A stretch of 64,000 bases of DNA from Fibrobacterales bacterium (GTDB lineage: Bacteria; Fibrobacterota; Fibrobacteria; Fibrobacterales; JAOPTW01). Under the pieces are notes generated by a model. That model searched no databases and was not told where the DNA came from. It saw only the letters and a list, made by a program, of their open reading frames with translations. Position 1 is the stretch's first letter, and every line of letters begins with the position of its first letter. Of the stretch, positions 1 to 11,800 are shown piece after piece. The translations under genes were made by a program, and so were the position numbers. The stretch covers positions 71,356-135,355 of the forward strand of contig JAOPTX010000003.1 in NCBI GenBank assembly GCA_051532055.1, in the 5' to 3' direction.

Positions 1-2
1 CA

Positions 3-1550
3 GATAATATTGTCAATAGAACCTATACTATCAATGGTTCTGCTCCTTATAGTTTTCTAACCTCAAGTGCAACGGTTGCATCATCTATTTTTGTTACAGC
101 AACAGCATCGGGGAGTACGATTTATTATAGTTCAACGACTAATGGTGCTGAGCCGGGAACCCCTGTGATTATGACGAGCACCCGTTGGTCAAATCGCACT
201 GTATCAGGTACTGCCACACATCGTTATAAGTTTCTTATCAGGCGTTCAGGGTATAGTGATAATATTGTAAGTAGAACCTATACAATCAATGGTCCAGCGC
301 CCTATACGAGTATAACAGGGACGAGAACTGTAGCTTCTTCAATTTTTGTCTCAGCAATAGCAAATGGTAGTTCGATCTATTTTAGTTCAACGACTAATGG
401 TGCTGAGCCGGGAACCCCTGTGATTACGACGAGCACCCGTTGGTCAAATCGCACTGTATTAGGTACTGCCACACATCGTTATAAGTTTCTTATCAGGCGT
501 TCAGGGTATAGTGATAATATTGTAAGTAGAACCTATACAATCAATGGTCCAGCGCCCTATACGAGTATAACAGGGACGAGTACGGCAGCATCCTCAATTC
601 CTGTTTCAGTTTCAGCAACAGGGAGCAGCATCTATTTTAGTGCAACTACGAATGGTTCAGAGCCTGGTACGCCTTCTACTTCCTCTCCATGGATTAATCG
701 CACTATAACAAGTGTTGGAAATCATCGTTATAAGTTTCTCATTAGGCGTTCAGGATATGCTGATAATATTGTAAGTAGAACCTATACAATAAATGGGCTC
801 GCACCCTATACGAGCATAACGGGAACGAGCTCTGCGGCATCGTCTATGACGATTTCAGCATCAGCATCAGGAAGTAGCATCTATTTTAGTTCAACCACCA
901 ATGGTTCAGAACCTGGTACGCCTTCAACGTCCTCTTCATGGTCTAACCGTACCATCTCAAGTGTTGGGACTCACCGCTATAAGTTTCTCATACGCCGAAC
1001 TGGGTTTGTGGATAATATAGTGAATAGAACTTATACGATCAATGGACTTGCACCGTATACGAATATATCTGGAACGAGCTCTGCGGCATCGTCTATGACG
1101 ATTTCAGCATCAGCATCAGGAAGTAGCATCTATTTTAGTTCAACCACCAATAGTTCAGAACCTGGTACGCCTTCAATGTCCTCACCATGGTCTAATCGTA
1201 CCATCTCAAGTGTTGGAACTCACCGCTATAAGTTTCTCATACGCCGAACTGGGTATGTAGATAATATAGTGAATAGAACCTATACTATAAATGGAAGACT
1301 CACTACCCCATCAATCAATATAACCAGTGGGTCAAGAGGTCATTATGAAATTACTATTACATCAGGTGTTTCAGGGAGTACTATATGGTATTCAGCTCCT
1401 GGCTTTGGAAAAAGAGTGTATACGGGTAAGTTTAATGTAACCTGTAATGGGGATTGTGGTTCTAGTAATGATGTTGGGAGAGTGGAGGCATATATCACTA
1501 AAACAAATTGGGTGACGAGTTCAGAGTCGTCTTTGAATTTAAATTTATGA
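3..1550 (+). CDS. Tandem-repeat surface protein, 5' end outside window; 83-85 aa repeats resembling chitobiase/beta-hexosaminidase C-terminal (Fn3-associated) domains
   Basis: Frame open from base 3 (DNIVNRTYTING...); repeats with IYFSxTTNGxEPGTP...HRYKFLIRRxGYxDNIVxRTYTING; DNA periods of 255 and 249 bp. Confidence 0.75.
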   Translation, partial: DNIVNRTYTINGSAPYSFLTSSATVASSIFVTATASGSTIYYSSTTNGAEPGTPVIMTSTRWSNRTVSGTATHRYKFLIRRSGYSDNIVSRTYTINGPAPYTSITGTRTVASSIFVSAIANGSSIYFSSTTNGAEPGTPVITTSTRWSNRTVLGTATHRYKFLIRRSGYSDNIVSRTYTINGPAPYTSITGTSTAASSIPVSVSATGSSIYFSATTNGSEPGTPSTSSPWINRTITSVGNHRYKFLIRRSGYADNIVSRTYTINGLAPYTSITGTSSAASSMTISASASGSSIYFSSTTNGSEPGTPSTSSSWSNRTISSVGTHRYKFLIRRTGFVDNIVNRTYTINGLAPYTNISGTSSAASSMTISASASGSSIYFSSTTNSSEPGTPSMSSPWSNRTISSVGTHRYKFLIRRTGYVDNIVNRTYTINGRLTTPSINITSGSRGHYEITITSGVSGSTIWYSAPGFGKRVYTGKFNVTCNGDCGSSNDVGRVEAYITKTNWVTSSESSLNLNL

Positions 1551-1617
1551 TACTAATTAGATGATGATCTATTTCTGGAAGTATTGAGGGGTAGTAATAA
1601 TTTTAAAACATTTGATT

Positions 1618-1658
1618 AAAGAGCCCTCTAATTAGGTAAATCTTGGAGGGCTCTTTTA
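1618..1658. terminator. Bidirectional intrinsic terminator between convergent genes
   Basis: AAAGAGCCCTC (1618-1628) / GAGGGCTCTTT (1646-1656) with A and T tails. Confidence 0.75.
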
Positions 1659-1696
1659 TAGACTGAATAATATTTTGTAAAATACAGTCTAATAAT

Positions 1697-4315
1697 TTAA
1701 TTTTCTATACACCGTAACGCCATCCCTGCGGGTCTAATTTGTGAAAATGCTTTGATATTATCAAGGTTATAATAGAAATAGAAGACATGGTTTTGAATTC
1801 CATTTTCTCTACTTTCATCGTGGGTAGCAGTCCAGTAATAGGCACTATATCCAAAACTCCAACAAACACCGCCAGAATAACAGTCTCCTACAGGAAATGC
1901 ATTAAACCCATACAAATCTTGCCCATTTAAGCCCTCTTCCCATCCATTTGTTGATTTTAATGTGATTCCTGATGGTAAATTACTGTCTGTATTAACGAAA
2001 AGAATCATTTCATTCCATTCTGATTTTGTTGGCACATGCCAGTTATTTGGACAAATACCCGTAGTGGTACCTGGGTTGCTTGTATCAGTGGGAGAGCCAT
2101 TCATGATGATATTCCCACTGTAAAGCATTCCATGCTTATCGCAATTTTTAGGCTGATCATTTGGGCACGAAAAGCTGTCTACACTTGAATATCTTAAATT
2201 TTCACTCATCCATTTTTGAGATCCAATTGTTGTCCAAGTATATTGTGAACTGTCTCTAATATCCACAAAGTCATTGACATCAAGAACATCGACTTCGATT
2301 TGTATTGTATCCATAAGAACTCCATCACTTGCTTGAACAGTTACATAATGTTTCGATGCAATCTCAAAATCTAATCTTTTAGTTAATATTATGTTGCCTG
2401 AAGTTTGATCGATTGTAAATCCATCGGCTAATGAGCCAATAAGTGAAAAATCTATTTGTTGTGAGGCATCAGGATCACTGGCATATACTGTTGCAATTGT
2501 ATCGTAAATATATTCGTTTTCGTTAATGGATACAGGTGAGAGGGCGGCAAATTCAGGGGTTTCGTTTATGTCATTCAATTGAACAGTTACACTAATTGTT
2601 TTTGAAAGTCCTTGTCCATCCTCTATGAGTACATTAAACTCCCTAAGAGCTGAGTTCGCTTCATAATTAAATGACCCTACTGTTATGATTTCACCATCAT
2701 TATTAACAGTAAACTCTCTATAAAAGTCTTGGCCATAGTATTCAAGTTCATCGCTATCAGGATCAACTGCATAAATTTGACCAATAATGGTGCCAATGGG
2801 TTCATTTTCATTGAGGGTCAAAAACTTATCATATGCGACAGGGGGTTCATTTACATTTTCAATAGAAATAGTTATGCTCTTCATCGATGTTGCCCCTTTT
2901 TCATCGTAGACTGTTACTTGAAATGAAAACTGGGTTAATTCTTCATAATTAAAAACAGAATTAGCTATCACGGTACCATCGTTAGTAATAATTATTTGAT
3001 CTATTGGTTGGGGAACTGAAAATGTTAAATTCCCGCCCTCTGGATCAATTGCAACAATGGTTCCAATTGTAGTACCTATCTCAGAGTTTTCTTTTAAACT
3101 TAATGTGTCTGTCGTAATTTGAGGGCTTTGATTTGTATGATAGATAGTAATTCTAGCATTAGAAGTGGATCGAGCCTTATTTGAATCTTCAACCACAATG
3201 ATAAACTTATATTCATTTTTTTCTAATACTGATTCAGTTGTATAGATCTGCCCCAATTTATTAATAGCAAATGGCCCATCTACAGATTCAAGAAAGTAAG
3301 ATATGCTATCCTGATCGATATCGATCGCATGAACTTTCCCTATGACGCTCCCTGTTGGTGTTAAATTATTAATGGTAACTGAGAATGCTGTAACCGTTGG
3401 TGCATTATTTAGTGATGAACTGGAGCTCGAACTTGAAATACTTGATGATGCTATGACTGTACTTGATATTGGATTACTAATACTGCTGTTATTCGAACTA
3501 TTAATGATTATGGCTTGACTAGAAGATAGTATATGATCTTTTGGTTGGCCCTTGGGTAAGTCTGTCGACGAAAATGACAGAGTGCTACTACTACTACTAC
3601 TACTACTTATAGCAATATGATTACTCGATTGCATTAGAGTATGAGCCGAGCTATCAGCGGTAGCGTTTGAAGAACTGGAAGGATGCTTGCCTTGCTGTTG
3701 ACTCAGTAAGACAAGCATAGAGAGTATATTGTCTGTTTCACTTTCTTGCTGTAATAGAAATTGTATTTTTTGATGGTTTGCATATTTGCTTGATGAATAA
3801 ATTGAATAAAAATGTTCTACATCATTTATTTCATTGTTGATTAGGCTGTGAACTATATATTCATTAAATACCAGCCCGGTATCAATATCTTTATTGCCGT
3901 TAATCTCATTGTGGAATTCTGAAACGATTTTTAGAAGTGAAGCATTTGGGTTGTTAAGTGGCGCGAAATTTTTATCCGTAATTTGAAATTGGCGTTGGTT
4001 TGAAATGATTGGAATACTATATGAATAAACTTTATACTCTAAAGTGTGAGGAGCATTGTTTTTACTTTCAATCTGAATATTCAGAAGAATATACAACGGA
4101 TCAGACTGCCAATGATCGGCATAATAAATAAATGTATTTGTGTCTAGAGTTGCGGCGTTTACATGATAGACTTGGATGCTATCAATGGGGAGGTTGTTAG
4201 CATTTTCAATATTAATAGTGTATGTTCTTGTATTCTCTTTTGAATTTTCAAAGAGACAAGAGTTGATCATTATTAGTATTGAGATTATAAATAAGTAATT
4301 AAGTGTATAAGTCAT
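1697..4315 (-). CDS. Lipoprotein with Ser-rich linker, four cadherin-like domains and C-terminal FISUMP (Fib_succ_major) domain
   Basis: Lipobox-like INSC; cadherin motifs (ENxxIGT, AxDPD, FNYE, DxNExP); C-terminal DIRD..Y....IGSQKWMSENL...GICPNNWHVP...YYW...LRCIEN. Start moved from 4366 to ATG at 4315. Confidence 0.8.
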   Translation of the reverse strand: MTYTLNYLFIISILIMINSCLFENSKENTRTYTINIENANNLPIDSIQVYHVNAATLDTNTFIYYADHWQSDPLYILLNIQIESKNNAPHTLEYKVYSYSIPIISNQRQFQITDKNFAPLNNPNASLLKIVSEFHNEINGNKDIDTGLVFNEYIVHSLINNEINDVEHFYSIYSSSKYANHQKIQFLLQQESETDNILSMLVLLSQQQGKHPSSSSNATADSSAHTLMQSSNHIAISSSSSSSSTLSFSSTDLPKGQPKDHILSSSQAIIINSSNNSSISNPISSTVIASSSISSSSSSSSLNNAPTVTAFSVTINNLTPTGSVIGKVHAIDIDQDSISYFLESVDGPFAINKLGQIYTTESVLEKNEYKFIIVVEDSNKARSTSNARITIYHTNQSPQITTDTLSLKENSEIGTTIGTIVAIDPEGGNLTFSVPQPIDQIIITNDGTVIANSVFNYEELTQFSFQVTVYDEKGATSMKSITISIENVNEPPVAYDKFLTLNENEPIGTIIGQIYAVDPDSDELEYYGQDFYREFTVNNDGEIITVGSFNYEANSALREFNVLIEDGQGLSKTISVTVQLNDINETPEFAALSPVSINENEYIYDTIATVYASDPDASQQIDFSLIGSLADGFTIDQTSGNIILTKRLDFEIASKHYVTVQASDGVLMDTIQIEVDVLDVNDFVDIRDSSQYTWTTIGSQKWMSENLRYSSVDSFSCPNDQPKNCDKHGMLYSGNIIMNGSPTDTSNPGTTTGICPNNWHVPTKSEWNEMILFVNTDSNLPSGITLKSTNGWEEGLNGQDLYGFNAFPVGDCYSGGVCWSFGYSAYYWTATHDESRENGIQNHVFYFYYNLDNIKAFSQIRPAGMALRCIEN

Positions 4316-4458
4316 AGTTTCGAAATTTTGATAAATATGCCCAAAATTAGGATTTAATCTATACATATCGACATATATTAATTTTAATTTACATACTTAA
4401 AGGTATCAGATTTAGATTCATTGCTCGTTATTAAGAAAATATAACAGAGGAGGATCTT

Positions 4459-5706
4459 ATGAAACTGTTACTTGCTGTTTTCATACTTAAAATGACCATT
4501 ATAACAGGATGCAATCCATTTAAAAACCGTCCAGTTGACTGCTCTGAATATGCGAGTACTCATAAACATTCCCCACAAAATCTCTACAGATATGCCAAAA
4601 GTCAATCATCTGATGAGTCTTGGGAGCGGTTACTCTTACCCGAAAAGGCAATGAACCTTGCGGCTATTAACACTGAGTGGGATGATTATAATTCTGCTGA
4701 TCCTGCGCTATCATGCAGAGACTGGTCATCAGGGGCTGAAGAGTATAGTAGTGAAGAAGGATCATCTGATGACTGGAACTATTCACATGAGATATATTTT
4801 TCTTCAGATGAATACGGAGATACTGATGGTTATACTCTACAAATTCCATTGATTTATTCGTCTAATAGAAAGTCCGGAGGAGAACACTTTGATTATGTAT
4901 TTGAAGGCCTTACTGTTGAGATAAATGAAAGAGAGCAGTTTCTACAATTAAACAAAGGCGAGATTACTAGCCAAAGGACCTTTCCTTATTGGGGCATTTC
5001 ATTTGATGCTTTTCTCAAACGGGTTAATACTGATGCAGATCAATTTGGGCCTTCCTTTGCCCAAGGTAAACGTTTCTCAACCTTTATGTATACTACAAAA
5101 GACCGAGGGAATTTGGATATTAGATTTTTAACGGAGTCTGGTGAATTTCCTGTTACAGGGTCTACTGGTGAAGAGATTGAAAATGATCCAGTATGGCTTG
5201 ATGCAATAAATGGTGATTTTGATGAAGCATACCCACATCTCTATTCGCAAAAAGAGCGGGCAGATCTCTATTTTAGCTCCAATCGAGCGGGCCAATTTGA
5301 TATATACTCAACTCGATTCGATATTGAACTTGCAGAATATTCATCTCAGTTTATTACAACTCAATTAAGAGATTCTATAACTACTGTAGCATCCCTTTCT
5401 AGTGATGGTGATGACACATGTCCTTTTATTTTTGGAGATTATATTTATTTTGTTTCAAATCGTGAGGGGGGATATGGTGGTTATGATATTTGGAGAGCTC
5501 GCTTTGACAAAGAGAAAAGAACTTTTGGCGAACCGATTAACCTAGGACCATCAGTCAATTCTTCTGCAAATGACTTCCGCCCAATAGTTATTGAATATTC
5601 TGTGCAGAACCTTTTGGTATTCTCTTCTGATCGAGAAGGTGGGAAGGGTGGTTTTGACCTCTACTATATGGGAGAGCCTGTAATAATAAATCAAGTTAAG
5701 CCTTAA
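4459..5706 (+). CDS. Lipoprotein with PD40 (TolB/WD40-like) beta-propeller repeats
   Basis: GGAGG RBS, ITGC lipobox; repeats LYFSSNRAGQFDIY, YFVSNREGGYGGYDIW, FSSDREGGKGGFDLY. Confidence 0.8.
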   Translation: MKLLLAVFILKMTIITGCNPFKNRPVDCSEYASTHKHSPQNLYRYAKSQSSDESWERLLLPEKAMNLAAINTEWDDYNSADPALSCRDWSSGAEEYSSEEGSSDDWNYSHEIYFSSDEYGDTDGYTLQIPLIYSSNRKSGGEHFDYVFEGLTVEINEREQFLQLNKGEITSQRTFPYWGISFDAFLKRVNTDADQFGPSFAQGKRFSTFMYTTKDRGNLDIRFLTESGEFPVTGSTGEEIENDPVWLDAINGDFDEAYPHLYSQKERADLYFSSNRAGQFDIYSTRFDIELAEYSSQFITTQLRDSITTVASLSSDGDDTCPFIFGDYIYFVSNREGGYGGYDIWRARFDKEKRTFGEPINLGPSVNSSANDFRPIVIEYSVQNLLVFSSDREGGKGGFDLYYMGEPVIINQVKP

Positions 5707-5811
5707 ATTATCATGTTGCATGATTACATGCTTATCTAAAGTAAGCTATTAGTATTAATAATGTAAAAATGGTTCACTGTAACCTGGAAATAACATTGAT
5801 TTCCACTTAAT

Positions 5812-5827
5812 AGTGATCTTGGTCACA
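5812..5827. promoter_or_regulatory. CRP/FNR-family-like palindrome upstream of the 5915-16372 gene run
   Basis: AGTGA-TCTTGG-TCACA followed by TTT, one mismatch from TGTGA-N6-TCACA. Confidence 0.35.
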
Positions 5828-5914
5828 TTTTCTCTATAATGGCCTTTAATGGAGTTTAATTCAAGCTGTGAATTGCTATACTTTTCGTGGGCTTGATTTT
5901 GTATTTGGAGGATT

Positions 5915-8734
5915 TTGTTGTATTACAAAAGATTCAACTGTAGTTTTTTTTCAAAAAACTTTCTTATAAGTATATTTGCAGTACTCACTTCACTAATAGC
6001 AGTAAGCTGTATTAATGACTCACCGGTTCAAGATTCAAGAGACTTTTCGATTTCAATAAGAAATGAAAATGCTTTGTATGTTGATTCTATCTTTGTAATA
6101 TCAATAGTAGGCCAGGATACCATTCCGAAAACCTATTATAATAGTCAATTGTCGCAATCTCAAGCGAAACAACCTGACTCTGGTACCATACTATCTCTTA
6201 CATTCCCAGTGTATGGAGAAAAAGGTGACCAAGTAGCGATTGTTTATACCGTTTATTCAGCAGGTTTTCCCATATTAACCAAAGAGACTTCTTTTGGATA
6301 TACAGATGATAAGCCAGGACACTCTGTACTGAATGTCAATGAGCCGATTGTAGCACTTCTGAACGAATATAAAGAGTTAGCATTAACAACAGCAAACAAG
6401 GAGGTGCTCTTTGATTCATTATTAATGGTGCATATTACAACCGAAAGTGATAGTAATGCTCAGGAGCTCGTTTCGAGTTACCTAGACCAACCAGGGGTTG
6501 ATAGTGCTGCTTTGGCAGTTAAGGTACGTAATGAGTTGTTAAAGATCTATAATGCTGAGACTGCAGGTCAAATATTAACCACGCGCTTTCCTGAAGGGTC
6601 TGATCCACAAGGGTTAATTGCTCGCGTAGATCCTGTAATTAATCCATCTTCGAGTACTCAAATACCGGTGAGCTCACAGATAAGTGTACCTGTATCATCT
6701 GGGGCATTGAGTTCATCAAACCTATCAAGTGTTCACGTTTCAAGCAGTATTCTTTTGAGTAGTTCCTCTACAATTGGAAGTTCTTCTACACAAATACCAC
6801 CTGTATCAAGTGGGGTTACTGTTACTCCTGTACCCGAAAATAGCGCTGCCCTTTGTGCGGATGGTTTTGATAATGATGGCAATAGTTTAATTGACTGTGC
6901 AGATCCAAGCTGTAGTACAGTATCAGTTTGTACAACAGTAGTTGCCGTGAGTGAGAAGTGCGGTGATACGTTGGATAACGATAATGATGGCCTTGTTGAC
7001 TGTGCTGACATTGTTGATTGTGCGGCAGATGCTGCATGTACTGCTCTTTCTAGTTCATCTGTGTCATCTTCAAGTGTCTCGTCTTCAGATATAGTTATCA
7101 GTGCAGAAAATACAGGGGCTCTTTGTCAAGATGGCAAGGATAACGATGGTGATGGTGCGATCGATTGTAACGATACTGAATGTTCTACATTAACAGAATG
7201 CCAAATTTCTGTTGCTGAAACAGGGGCATTCTGTAGCGATGTTATCGATAACGATAGAGATGGCTATATTGATTGCGAAGATTCGGATTGTGCAACGGAC
7301 TCTTTTTGTAGTGTCTCTTCATCATCAGGATCTTCTTCAAGTGCTCTTCCAACGGAAGGAACAATTCAATTTACCTGTGATCCTGATGGAGCATGTACCC
7401 ACAAAAGTACCGAAACACTATTAGTAGGGGAGAGCGTTACAAAGACCGCAGCTGCAGTCACTGGCTATAGCTTTAAGCTATGGGGTGTTGTAGGTTCTGG
7501 TATTACAAAAACAAATCCAGAGGATTCAGACTTTGAAACAATCACTATCAAACTTGACAATTCTAAGGGTGGAGAAGTACGAGCTAAATTTGAACCAAAA
7601 ACGTATTCTGTTGTTTTAGGTAATATTGAACATGGATCAGTGAGTGTCAATAATACTCCTGTTCAGAGTGTATTTACGATAGAGTATGGTGTTCAATATC
7701 AAATCGAAGCAATTGCAGAGTCTGGTTGGACGTTTGAAAACTGGAATACCCCGACTACTCTCAATATGGGTAGTGCAACAGATGGCGGAACAACAATAGC
7801 CAAAAGTGGGGTTACCCCTTCAGGGTCGATAGTACTAACCCCAACCTTTGTGGGCAGCCAATATCAAGGGAGTGTCACCATCGATAGTATGTTTACAGCG
7901 GGAGTGTCTTGTCCTGATGGTAGGTCACCAACATCTCCAACAAATTGTGGTTGGGGTAGTGGTCATGTAGAAATCAATGATGTTGAAGTTGACAATATTA
8001 CGTTCACTAATGGATCTACAGTGACGTTAACGGCAGTACCAAAAATGGGTAATAGGTTTAAAGAGTGGTCAATAGATCCCGCTATAGATGCTACGGTTAA
8101 TGGGACTTCGGTTACTATTAATGGTATGGGGCAGGATGCAACTATCCATGCGGTATTTGATTCTCTTACTGTTGGTACCGTTGCAGAGACTTCTAATCCA
8201 TCAAAAACCTATACATGGAAACGCTATGGTAATCAGATTTGGATGACCGAAAATTTAAATGTGGTTCCGGGGAGTGGATCATTGTGTTATCAGAGTGATT
8301 GCGATACCTATGGACGTTACTATAAGTATTCTTCTGCAAAAACAGTTTGTGAGGAACTTGATGGGAATTGGCTCTTACCAAATCATGCAGCGTGGGGAAA
8401 ATTTGAAATTCATATTGGATTAGATGCTGGAGTGGTTGATGACATGGGTTATAGAGGTGGCACAGATTTTGGAAAACGCATTGCTTCTATTTCAAGTTAC
8501 TGGCCTAATAATGTGACTGGCAATAATACCGAAGGGTTTTCAGCAGAGCCATTTGGTTATTATGAATCAAATCAGACAATATCATGGTTTGGAGAAAATG
8601 CCATGTTTTTAACTAATACCCCAGTTGGTACTAATGTTAAGACAAGGGATGTTAGTTCATCATATGACGGTATTGGAAATTATGAAGATGGACAGAATAA
8701 GTATTTTAATATTCGATGTGTATTAGAATATTGA
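5915..8734 (+). CDS. Lipoprotein with four Cys/Asp-rich Ca-binding-type repeats, InlB-B/Flg_new-like repeats and C-terminal FISUMP domain
   Basis: AVSC lipobox; CxDxxDNDxDGxxDCxDxxC x4; GYSFKLW, GWTFENW, GNRFKEW; YGNQIWMTENL...YGRYY...NIRCVLE. Confidence 0.8.
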   Translation: MLYYKRFNCSFFSKNFLISIFAVLTSLIAVSCINDSPVQDSRDFSISIRNENALYVDSIFVISIVGQDTIPKTYYNSQLSQSQAKQPDSGTILSLTFPVYGEKGDQVAIVYTVYSAGFPILTKETSFGYTDDKPGHSVLNVNEPIVALLNEYKELALTTANKEVLFDSLLMVHITTESDSNAQELVSSYLDQPGVDSAALAVKVRNELLKIYNAETAGQILTTRFPEGSDPQGLIARVDPVINPSSSTQIPVSSQISVPVSSGALSSSNLSSVHVSSSILLSSSSTIGSSSTQIPPVSSGVTVTPVPENSAALCADGFDNDGNSLIDCADPSCSTVSVCTTVVAVSEKCGDTLDNDNDGLVDCADIVDCAADAACTALSSSSVSSSSVSSSDIVISAENTGALCQDGKDNDGDGAIDCNDTECSTLTECQISVAETGAFCSDVIDNDRDGYIDCEDSDCATDSFCSVSSSSGSSSSALPTEGTIQFTCDPDGACTHKSTETLLVGESVTKTAAAVTGYSFKLWGVVGSGITKTNPEDSDFETITIKLDNSKGGEVRAKFEPKTYSVVLGNIEHGSVSVNNTPVQSVFTIEYGVQYQIEAIAESGWTFENWNTPTTLNMGSATDGGTTIAKSGVTPSGSIVLTPTFVGSQYQGSVTIDSMFTAGVSCPDGRSPTSPTNCGWGSGHVEINDVEVDNITFTNGSTVTLTAVPKMGNRFKEWSIDPAIDATVNGTSVTINGMGQDATIHAVFDSLTVGTVAETSNPSKTYTWKRYGNQIWMTENLNVVPGSGSLCYQSDCDTYGRYYKYSSAKTVCEELDGNWLLPNHAAWGKFEIHIGLDAGVVDDMGYRGGTDFGKRIASISSYWPNNVTGNNTEGFSAEPFGYYESNQTISWFGENAMFLTNTPVGTNVKTRDVSSSYDGIGNYEDGQNKYFNIRCVLEY

Positions 8735-8811
8735 TTTCGACGATATTGAGGTTTTCCTCAACTCAATATCTTAAGTAATAGAGGACACATAACTATTCAA
8801 TAGGAGATAAC

Positions 8812-11800
8812 GTGAAGAAAAAATTGTTAGCCTCACTTTTATTAAGTGCAATAGCAGTAACAGCAAGGCCTACGGTCCCAGTAGAGACCTTTAATTTATC
8901 GGTTTCATTATGGAGAAACCCAACTACTGCAGAAAAATTAATCTATGAAACTGTAGCGGATGAATTTGCAAAAGGTGTTTATCAAGCAACCAATGGTGGC
9001 GCAAAGATTGGGCGTCTTAATTTTTATGAAAATGGAAATACTGCAACAAATACTTCTGTAATGTGGAGTGAGCGAAGAGCACCGATGGCATATATCAATG
9101 GATACAAAGCCAATGGTTACATTCTCTTTGCTGATGAACTCGTTTTAGATGATAATGGAACTCAAGACCCAGCAGATGATACAACCATAAAGCTTTTTGA
9201 CGGGCTTGACGATGCTCTTGATGCTCAAAAAGCAGGTATGATACTTGCTCATGAATTTATGCACTATGTATATGGACTCTGTGATCAATATCGTGGTACA
9301 GAAGATTTGTCAGAAGCCAATACTCCTTGGTTACCTGACTTAAATGATCATGCAAGTCAATTTACCTTAATGTCTGATTTCATGACGGGAATAGCTACGT
9401 CAGAAGCATGGGCGAACCTTGATGTCTATGAAGATGTCGCTGAAGGGCATCGTTTTGAAGGAGAAAATGCACAAGGGCGTGTTTATAAAAAAAATATTGG
9501 AACACTTCAAGTACCTGAATATAAAGGTGCCTCTTCATGGGATGTATTGAGTCAAGATCCAACTCTTGAACCAGCTCTATGGGGTACTCGAGGTCCTATT
9601 GGTACAAATCAGTGGACAAGTCTCAGTGCTTTTGCTCCTTTGGTATCAGAGCTCATCGGTGCTGTTAAGTTTAGAGTTGATACAGATCTCCCGGTAGGTG
9701 AGGAGCCGTACAAAGCTTGGGTCGGTGATCAAATTGCCATTGAACTTGTTGTAGATATTTCGGGAAGTATGGATAACACTCCTGCGAGTCCAACTAAAAT
9801 GGAGCAGGCTACAGCGGCTGCACTTCATCTAACCTCCCAATATACGATTGGAACAGTTTGGTCGGGTTTAATATCATTTAGTGATATCTTGACAGAATTA
9901 CACCCTATGACATTTATTAATGATGCTTCCGCCCTTTCTACACTTCAAGGACATGTATCGGGCCTAGCTTCTGATAATGGAGATACTCATCTGTTCGATG
10001 CTGCCTATTTAGGATATGAGAAATTGAATAATACCATTTTTACACCAAGTGACCCTTTGAAAACAGCGTTTATTTTGACAGATGGAAAGGATAATAATAC
10101 TTCTGGTAGATCAGTACAAGAAGTTATAGATATTTATGAGCTTAATGGAATCTCTGCATTTACTTTTGGCTTTGGTACAGGAATAGCTAATATAGATGAA
10201 GTACCACTTAGAGCCATGGCCGAAGGAACAGGTGGGAAGTTTTTCCAAGGCTTAACAAGCCAATTGGAGCTTCAAAATGCATATGCTGACGCTATGAGCA
10301 TTGCTACAGGTAAAGAACTTATTGTGTCTTCAGAGCCTATACCTCCAACCGGTGCTTCGTATAATGTCGGTTCTCGTTGGTCTGAATACGAAGTTCGTAT
10401 GAAAAATACGTGTCCATCTTATACAACAGTTTTTGAAAAAGAAAATGTAGTACAAACTCCAATTCAAACCGGTGATGTATTTAAGTTTGACGTTTCAGGA
10501 GATAATTCAGAATTGAATTGGACAGTTGCTGTCACAGGATGCCCATCAATTACTTTTGATGTTTGGAAGAATCAATCAAATGGTGGTGTAATGTCACGTG
10601 CTGAAATTGATATTGATATAGAAGTTGTTTATCCTACCGCAGCCTTTATTACAGCTTCAGCATACGATAACGCTCCTCTAACAGGACTTGGTGTTCAAGC
10701 TAAAATCACTTCTCCAAGTAATGTTGAAACCGATATTGAGTTGAATGATAATGGTATTGAGGGTGATAAAATTGCTGGTGATGGTATCTATTCTATGGCG
10801 TGGGATGGATACACGGAAGATGGTGCTTATAAAGTAGAAGTAACATATGATAATGATGACGGTTTAGCGAGAACAACATACAATAAGCATGCTTTTGCAC
10901 ATGGCACAGACTTAATTAGTGATCCATATACTGAAGCCTATGATCGCGTGGTATTTGGGAGCATGTCTGTTGTTGGCGTAATTAGTGATGATCATGGTGA
11001 TGATATAATAAGTCCTTCAGATTTGTATGCAACCAATTCTGTCTATCCGTCAAGATTAGATACTGATGGAGATATTGATGTATTTAAAGTTATAAATTAC
11101 TCTGCAACAGATGAGTTGGTCATTAGAGTCACAAATATAGGTGATGAATTTGTTCCAGAAATAAGAGTTTTTGATGAAACTGGTATTGTTGTTATTGCTG
11201 AATACAACAAAGATAATGATTGTACAGATAATGGATATATAATTATTGATATCGATCCTGCCATAGTGAGCGTGAATGCTCACCTCTATGTTTCAGTTTC
11301 TCATTCAGTTTCTGACGGAGGATTAGCAAGTTATGATATCAGTGCTGGACTTCGGAACTCTACAGATATTGATGCAGAGTCTTGCCCTATACGTGGTGAC
11401 ATCGAAGGTGTTTTCTCTATTGTAAATGTTAATAGTGATAAATGTGTTGATGTTAAAGCTGCAGGTACCGATTATGGTGAAAATGTACAACAGTGGGATT
11501 GCAATGGAACAGGTGCCCAAAAATGGGAATTTATTAAAGTTGACGATACCTATGAAATTAAAAACGTTAATTCAGGGCTGTTACTTGATGTTGCATGGGG
11601 TGGATCAAATGAGAATGTGCAACAATGGGGAGATGTGAATTCATCAAGTCAGCGTTGGAGAGTTGAGAGATTTGCAGATGGTATTATTTCATTGAGACCC
11701 CAATCTGACTTTACTGAGTGTCTTGATGTTGAAGCACGAAGTACTACCTCAGGTGCAAATATTCAATCATACCCTTGTAATCTTACAGCTGCTCAACAGT

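Noticed and set aside
8742..8770. GATATTGAG/CTCAATATC hairpin as terminator (also GGCTATCTT/AAGATAGCC at 12322-12345)
   Set aside because: AT-rich stems without U tract between co-directional genes; function cannot be supported
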